Source of the DNA: an uncultured bacterium
GTDB lineage: Bacteria > Babelota > Babeliae > Babelales > Vermiphilaceae
NCBI GenBank assembly: GCA_963713925.1
Contig: OY970212.1
Coordinates: forward strand, 448,001-512,000
Reading direction: 5' to 3'
DNA length: 64,000 nt
A program made the position numbers and the translations under genes. This document shows, piece after piece, positions 58,723 to 64,000 of this stretch. The notes below the pieces were generated by a model that made no database searches, was not told the origin of the DNA, and saw only the letters and a list, made by a program, of their open reading frames with translations. Each line of letters opens with the position of its first letter. The first letter of the stretch is position 1.

Positions 58723-60015
58723 TTATTTTTGTCCTCTCAACCAACTCAACCAACCGGCTTTTTGTGTCGCGCTCGCTTTATCGGCTTCTTGAAGTTGATA
58801 AAGCGAATTGGTCGGGTTAGTTTGTTTTGTATTCGCCGGTATGGTCTCACTTGTTTGCTCAGTATTTGATTTTTCTTTCGGAATCCAAAATTGTTCCTGG
58901 TTTCCTCCGCCTGCAGCGATTAATCTGCCCTGTGCACACCCATTTTGAAATGCTCTTCCGGGGAAAAAATGATATGCCGGCGTATCATTGCTGGAACGTG
59001 TATCCCACACATTAACGCCGTCAAATCCGAATCCTACAATATATTCACTATTGTCACCGGCAAAGCAGCAATCCGTCGTTAAACACGGGGTATGATCGCC
59101 TAATACATTCGACGAGATCGCTTTAAAACTTCTCAGACATGTCCCGGTCGAAAGGTCCCACAGGCGCGTGTTTGTAAAAGAAGAACTTATAATGCGAGAT
59201 GCATCATTGGGGTGTGTGTTTACACGTACAACCGGTTCAGTGTGGCCTTGCAATGGAAGCAAGAATGAGCGCGTGTATTGATTGTAAATCCATACATTAT
59301 AGTCTGTGTCATAAGTGAACGCGGCGGTTATTTTTTCTTTTTGCTTTATGAGAGAAAGAAAGAATGCACTTGTTGCAATAGAGGTTCTTTCTTTTGTGTC
59401 ATGATTAACGAGATCAAATCCGTTTTCTCCCTTTTCCGCGTAATGTAATTGGTTTTGCGCATCAAATATAATTGAAGGTGTTGCCACCCCGATAATATTG
59501 TCCTTTCGACCGGACCATGAACCCGGCCATTTGATTTCAAATGTTTCTACAATCTTTCTTTCGTTTTCTGCCAGTGAACAAATAGAAACATCGACGGCTT
59601 CTCCGGATTCGGCAAAGCCACCATATGCGCAAACGGCAGCTCTTTTACTGTCTGGCGACAAAGCAGCTTGCCAATTGCTTCTGATCCATATTGGAGTCGT
59701 ACCCATGTCGAAATATATTTCTTTGCGTGCCGGGCCGGTTCCCCATTCACATGTCTGTAAGTGATGTCCAGTCCACTTAAGAAAATAGGATCCATTGTAT
59801 GAGCTTGGCCCGCAATTGGTAAAATCCAGTTGATATGGCCATGGAATTATGGCGTCGGTCGCACTATTTGCCATGGCCGATAGGATCTTTTTTTGATGAT
59901 CCATTTTTTTTGCAAGAGCATCGGATGCAGCTTTCGTGTCTGCGCTGTCTGCGCATATGGCTAATGAGGAAGAAAATAGTAGGCAGAGTATGAAACTTCT
60001 TTTTGAATAGTTCAT
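58723..60015 (-). CDS. Secreted WD40-repeat protein, paralogue 2
   Basis: LQGHTEPV...TRLWDLSTGTCLRSF; shares IPWPYQ, DCCF, DG.N.W and GQK end with paralogue 1. Confidence 0.8.
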   Translation of the reverse strand: MNYSKRSFILCLLFSSSLAICADSADTKAASDALAKKMDHQKKILSAMANSATDAIIPWPYQLDFTNCGPSSYNGSYFLKWTGHHLQTCEWGTGPARKEIYFDMGTTPIWIRSNWQAALSPDSKRAAVCAYGGFAESGEAVDVSICSLAENERKIVETFEIKWPGSWSGRKDNIIGVATPSIIFDAQNQLHYAEKGENGFDLVNHDTKERTSIATSAFFLSLIKQKEKITAAFTYDTDYNVWIYNQYTRSFLLPLQGHTEPVVRVNTHPNDASRIISSSFTNTRLWDLSTGTCLRSFKAISSNVLGDHTPCLTTDCCFAGDNSEYIVGFGFDGVNVWDTRSSNDTPAYHFFPGRAFQNGCAQGRLIAAGGGNQEQFWIPKEKSNTEQTSETIPANTKQTNPTNSLYQLQEADKASATQKAGWLSWLRGQK

Positions 60016-60126
60016 GACGAGTCCTCTTTTTAAGAAATGGAAAAGTTGTCATGAGTCTAGCAAAAAAGATTTTTGGGGCAACATGAACATGCTCCCCCAG
60101 TCGAGTGTAAATCGATTTGGAATTTC

Positions 60127-61230
60127 TTATTTTTCCCAATTGCGCAAGAAATCAATCAGCTGATCAAGACCACCTTCGGTTATTATCGAGCTGATGACAA
60201 ATGGCTCATATTTTTCAAACGCAGGGATTTGAAACTCAATCATTGAAACCTTATCTGCTTTGTTAAACACATAAAGCATTGGTTTATCAACATTCAAATC
60301 TTCCAAGATGTCGTCAACGACTTCTATATGGTTTGGCCAGTTTGGGTCTGACACATCAATGATCTGAATGAGCAGATGAGCATATTGAAGTTCAGAAAGA
60401 GTAGATTTGAAAGCTTCAATCAAGTGGTGGGGCAATTGTTGCACAAATCCAACGGTGTCGGAAATGAGGGCTTTCTTTTTGCCATCAATAAACAGTTCGC
60501 GGGTTGTCGTATCAAGAGTTGCAAAGAGCTTATCTTCTGCCAAAACATTACTTTTGGTCAGAGCATTTAAAATTGATGATTTGCCTGCGTTGGTGTATCC
60601 GATTAAGCAAAAGAGCGGGATTTCACTCGATAAGCGCTTTTTACGCTGCGTTTCACGAGCTTGAGCAAGCTTTTCTAGCTGTCGCTTGAGTTTGAGAATG
60701 GTGTTCTCAATATGTCGCGTATCTTTTTCTTTTTGCGTTTCTCCCGGGCCTTTGCTTCCGATGCGTCCGGCTTGTTGGGAGAGATATTGCCCACGTCCGG
60801 CAAGACGGGTTTTGGAGTATTGGAGCATGGCTATTTCAACCTGAATTTTACCTTCGGCTGAATGTGCACCTTTTTCAAAAATTTCCAAGATCAAACGAGT
60901 TCGATCAAATATTCTGCAGTTTAAGAAATCGCGCAAGTTGCGTTCTTGGTTGCTGGTCAGTTGTTCGGAGATAATAACTTCTTCAACATTATTAGTATCG
61001 CAAAACTCTTTGAGCTCTTGAAGTTTGCCATGGGTGATAAAGTAAGCACTATCTATTTCGCGCAACTTAATAAACTGCTCAAAGTTTGGCGTGACGCCGT
61101 TTGAGGAGATGAGATTAGCAAACTCTTCAAGGTATGAATCGATGTTTTTGTTTGGGTTAAAAGGGGTTTGAATGCCCAATGCTAAGATGACAGGTTCATG
61201 ATGTTCGTAAAAACGTGGTTCTTGAGCCAT
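60127..61230 (-). CDS. hflX: Ribosome-splitting GTPase HflX
   Basis: GPGETQKE, GYTNAGKSS, LFATLDTT, DTVGF, NKAD. Confidence 0.97.
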   Translation of the reverse strand: MAQEPRFYEHHEPVILALGIQTPFNPNKNIDSYLEEFANLISSNGVTPNFEQFIKLREIDSAYFITHGKLQELKEFCDTNNVEEVIISEQLTSNQERNLRDFLNCRIFDRTRLILEIFEKGAHSAEGKIQVEIAMLQYSKTRLAGRGQYLSQQAGRIGSKGPGETQKEKDTRHIENTILKLKRQLEKLAQARETQRKKRLSSEIPLFCLIGYTNAGKSSILNALTKSNVLAEDKLFATLDTTTRELFIDGKKKALISDTVGFVQQLPHHLIEAFKSTLSELQYAHLLIQIIDVSDPNWPNHIEVVDDILEDLNVDKPMLYVFNKADKVSMIEFQIPAFEKYEPFVISSIITEGGLDQLIDFLRNWEK

Positions 61231-61320
61231 ACTGATTTTTCTTTAATTTTTGATCAACTTTTTCAACTATCTATGCTATAGTAACATAAAATTTCAAAAA
61301 ACCTTACTATTAAAAAAGAC

Positions 61321-62652
61321 ATGTTTGATTTTATTTCTCAAAAAATGGCGGCCCTTTTTGAAGGGTTCCGCGGCAATTCTATTACGAACGCCCAATTAGA
61401 CACCTTTTTACAGGGGCTGCGGGAAACATTGCTTGAGGCAGATGTCCCCTATCAGCTGGCCGTTGAATTCACTGAGCAGTTGCGCACTGAGCTTTCTGGG
61501 CAAAAAATTACCCAATCATTGAAAGCAAACGAATATTTGGCAAAAGCAGTGTATGACAAGCTCGTCGGCTTTTTATCAGGTGGCAGCAAGTCGGTTGGCT
61601 TTAACCTTCCCATCCCTTCAACCATGATGGTTCTTGGACTGCAAGGTTCGGGTAAAACAACCTCGCTTGGCAAACTTGCCCATTGGATTATGCAAGAGGC
61701 GCAAGCTAAGGGTAAAAAAAGAAGAATATTGCTTGCTTCAGTTGACTACTATCGTCCGGCAGCAATCGACCAACTTGAAATCGTTGCCAAGCAGGCAGGG
61801 GTTGATTTTTATCGAGCCCAAGCAACCGATCCAGTTGTCGCCGCGCGAGAAATATATAAAAAATTCCAAACCGACTCCTATGAATATTTGATGCTCGATA
61901 CCGCCGGCCGCTTGCACGTTGATAATGCGATGTTGCAAGAGCTTCGTGAGATTGAGACGATCATTAAACCAAAATATAAGCTCATTGTTCTGGACTCAAT
62001 GACCGGTCAAGAATCGTTAGCCATTGGTAAGGCCTTTGATCAAGCGATTGGCTTTGACGGGGCCCTGATGAGCAAAATGGATTCTGACACTCGCGGAGGA
62101 GCCGTCTTTTCGTTTCGTTATTCCTTAAAAAAGCCTATTGTTTTTGTGGGAATGGGTGAAAAGGTTGCCGATCTTGATCCGTTTAATGCTGAACGCATGG
62201 CAGGGCGCATGCTGGGCATGGGGGATATTGTTACCCTGGCTGAAAAGGCAAAGCAAAAAATTACCCAGGCAGAACAGGATTCGGCGCTCAAATCGTTGCA
62301 AAGCGGTCAATTTACCCTCAAAGATTTTGCTGACCAGCTTGAAATGATGAACCGACTGGGTTCATTAAGCCAAATAGCAGGTTATTTACCAGCTATGGGG
62401 GGCATGCGATTGAACTCAGATCAGCTTGAAAAAGGTGAGCAAGAACTTAAAAAATGTAAGGTTATCATCAACTCAATGACCCCGAAAGAGCGCATTATGC
62501 CGGCTATTCTTGATGGATCTCGCAAGAAAAGAGTCGCAAACGGTGCTGGGGTGAGTGTAGAAGATGTAAATCTTTTACTTTCTCGGTTTGAAGAAAGTAA
62601 GCAATATGTTAAACTGTTTAAAAAACTCGGAAAATTTAATTTCTTTAAATAA
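61321..62652 (+). CDS. ffh: Signal recognition particle protein
   Basis: LLEADV, GLQGSGKTT, DTAGR, RMLGMGD, M domain INSMTPKER. Confidence 0.97.
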   Translation: MFDFISQKMAALFEGFRGNSITNAQLDTFLQGLRETLLEADVPYQLAVEFTEQLRTELSGQKITQSLKANEYLAKAVYDKLVGFLSGGSKSVGFNLPIPSTMMVLGLQGSGKTTSLGKLAHWIMQEAQAKGKKRRILLASVDYYRPAAIDQLEIVAKQAGVDFYRAQATDPVVAAREIYKKFQTDSYEYLMLDTAGRLHVDNAMLQELREIETIIKPKYKLIVLDSMTGQESLAIGKAFDQAIGFDGALMSKMDSDTRGGAVFSFRYSLKKPIVFVGMGEKVADLDPFNAERMAGRMLGMGDIVTLAEKAKQKITQAEQDSALKSLQSGQFTLKDFADQLEMMNRLGSLSQIAGYLPAMGGMRLNSDQLEKGEQELKKCKVIINSMTPKERIMPAILDGSRKKRVANGAGVSVEDVNLLLSRFEESKQYVKLFKKLGKFNFFK

Positions 62653-62664
62653 TATACCACTATA

Positions 62665-62686
62665 GGGTCCCATACTTTTGTATGGG
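62665..62686 (+). repeat. Solo family-G hairpin
   Basis: GGGTCCCATAC-TTTT-GTATGGG. Confidence 0.65.
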
Positions 62687-62705
62687 TAGATTATAAGGAT
62701 GTTAC

Positions 62706-62951
62706 ATGGCGGTTAAGATTCGCTTGGCCCGTATCGGCAAAAAAAATGCTCCTTTCTATCGTATCGTTGCTATCGACAGCAGAAAAGCACGTAACGGCGC
62801 ATTTTTAGAAAATCTCGGCACTTATGACCCAATCAAGGAAACCTTGGTACAATATCATGCTGATAGAGTGCAAGATTGGATTTCCAAAGGCGCTATTGCT
62901 TCTGATGCAGTTAAAAAATTGCAAAAGATGCATAAATCAGTAGCAGCGTAA
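62706..62951 (+). CDS. rpsP: 30S ribosomal protein S16
   Basis: MAVKIRLAR.G, PFYRIVA.DSR, LGTYDP. Confidence 0.97.
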   Translation: MAVKIRLARIGKKNAPFYRIVAIDSRKARNGAFLENLGTYDPIKETLVQYHADRVQDWISKGAIASDAVKKLQKMHKSVAA

Positions 62952-63045
62952 TACGGGGTCCCCACGGTTGTGGGGGTATAAATACGGGGTCCCCGCAGTG
63001 TATGTGGGGTTTAATAAGGGTCCCCGCATGACGTGCGGGGTGTAA
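62950..63045 (+). repeat. Three tandem family-G hairpin units
   Basis: AATA(C/A)GGG(G)TCCCC-RC..GYGGGG units of ~30-33 nt with variable loops. Confidence 0.8.
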
Positions 63046-63050
63046 TAAAT

Positions 63051-63281
63051 ATGCTAAAAGATGTTCTAGAATTCATGGTTAAATCACTGGTCAACGAGCC
63101 TGAAAAAGTGACGATTGATCAAGTTGATACTGATGAAAAAATAAACATTTCCGTTGCCGTCGATCAACAAGATATTGGCAAGGTAATTGGTAAGGAAGGC
63201 AGAACTATCAAGGCGCTTCGTGTGTATGTCGCTTCTCTTGGTTCTCCCGAACGACCGGTCTATATTGAGTTAAAAAAATAG
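63051..63281 (+). CDS. khpA: KH-domain RNA-binding protein KhpA
   Basis: DIGKVIGKEGRTIKALR; position after rpsP. Confidence 0.92.
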   Translation: MLKDVLEFMVKSLVNEPEKVTIDQVDTDEKINISVAVDQQDIGKVIGKEGRTIKALRVYVASLGSPERPVYIELKK

Positions 63282-63298
63282 TTTTCATACTTTGTTAT

Positions 63299-63387
63299 GG
63301 GCCCCAAATGGCCTGTCGCGCCATAGCTTTAGCGAAGGCGGAAGCGTACTGCTTCGTTGAAGCTTCGTAGTATAGGCGTAATTTGGG
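63299..63387 (+). repeat. Family-G element containing two nested family-A-type palindromes (63310-63342, 63347-63372)
   Basis: GGGCCCCAAAT[GGCCTGTCGCGCCATAGCTTTAGCGAAGGCGGA]AGCG[TACTGCTTCGTTGAAGCTTCGTAGTA]TAGGCGTAATTTGGG. Confidence 0.75.
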
Positions 63388-63394
63388 TAAATTA

Positions 63395-64000
63395 ATGAAG
63401 GTTTCGATTCTTTCAGTTTTTCCTGATCTATTTTCTTCATTTTTGCAGACAAGCCTCATAAAAAGAGCTCAAGACTCTGGCAAGGTAGATATACTGACCC
63501 AGAGTTATTTTGCGTATGTTGAGCCCAAAGAACGGATCGATGCCCCAACCTTTGGTCACGGGGCAGGCATGCTCATTCGGCCTGACGTTGTGCAATCTGC
63601 GCTTGAGGATATTCAGTCCAAAAGAGGCAATGGTCTGCGCATATTTTTTTCTCCGGCAGGGCGTGTTCTTGATCAATCATACTTGCAAGAGCTGGCACAA
63701 AAGGTGCAGGCGTCGAGCCACCTCATTCTGGTCTCAGCTCGCTATGAAGGTATGGATGCGCGCGTTGAGCAAGAATATGCCGATGAGATTGTTTCCATTG
63801 GAGACTATGTTTTAATGGGAGGCGATCTTCCGGCAATGGTATTGCTTGAGGGTCTGCTGCGGCATGTTCCGGGAATTGTTGGCAAAACTGAGTCGGTAGA
63901 ACACGATTCATTCACTGGGCCTTATGTTGATCACCCTGAATATACAGCTCCGGTGGTTTGGAAAGAGAAAGAAGTGCCTGAGGTGCTGAGATCAGGCAAT
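63395..64000 (+). CDS. trmD: tRNA (guanine-N1)-methyltransferase, 5' part, runs off the window edge
   Basis: Manual translation MKVSILSVFPDLF...DAPTFGHGAGML...RYEGMDARV...SIGDYVLMGGD...PEYTAP. Confidence 0.95.
   Translation, partial: MKVSILSVFPDLFSSFLQTSLIKRAQDSGKVDILTQSYFAYVEPKERIDAPTFGHGAGMLIRPDVVQSALEDIQSKRGNGLRIFFSPAGRVLDQSYLQELAQKVQASSHLILVSARYEGMDARVEQEYADEIVSIGDYVLMGGDLPAMVLLEGLLRHVPGIVGKTESVEHDSFTGPYVDHPEYTAPVVWKEKEVPEVLRSGN

Noticed and set aside
62950..63045. Three tandem ~32-nt units as a mini CRISPR array
   Set aside because: The variable parts are only hairpin loops a few nt long, there are no 25-45-nt spacers or cas genes, and the units match the dispersed family G.
63437..63911. 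Three short ORFs listed at the window end
   Set aside because: The real gene is trmD in another frame from 63395, omitted from the track because its stop lies outside the window.

Overview
This is a ~40% GC bacterial chromosome segment with two kinds of content. The housekeeping part holds radA, tdk, an RluB-type synthase, murA, an orphan atpG, tsaE, a six-tRNA/rpmG-secE-nusG-rplKAJL-rpoBC-rpsO-pnp-rph block, glmM, trpS, pcrA, hflX and ffh-rpsP-khpA-trmD. These are interleaved with about 25 signal-peptide-bearing, often eukaryote-like proteins: Skp1-like+WD40 fusions, F-box-like proteins, WD40 proteins, a family of Inc-like transmembrane-hairpin proteins with acidic dileucine motifs, and a propeller+FN3-like repeat protein. 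The profile suggests an intracellular parasite of protists, most likely Ca. Dependentiae/Babelota (TM6); this is an inference, not a database result. The main non-coding signal is a set of three short palindromic element families, called A, B and G here. They nest inside one another, form inverted doublets, dock on tRNA CCA ends, and fill spacers of translation operons, including the slot where rimM normally lies. No transposase, integrase or CRISPR array is visible. All calls are by eye from motifs and synteny; starts were adjusted to the most plausible ATG/RBS.
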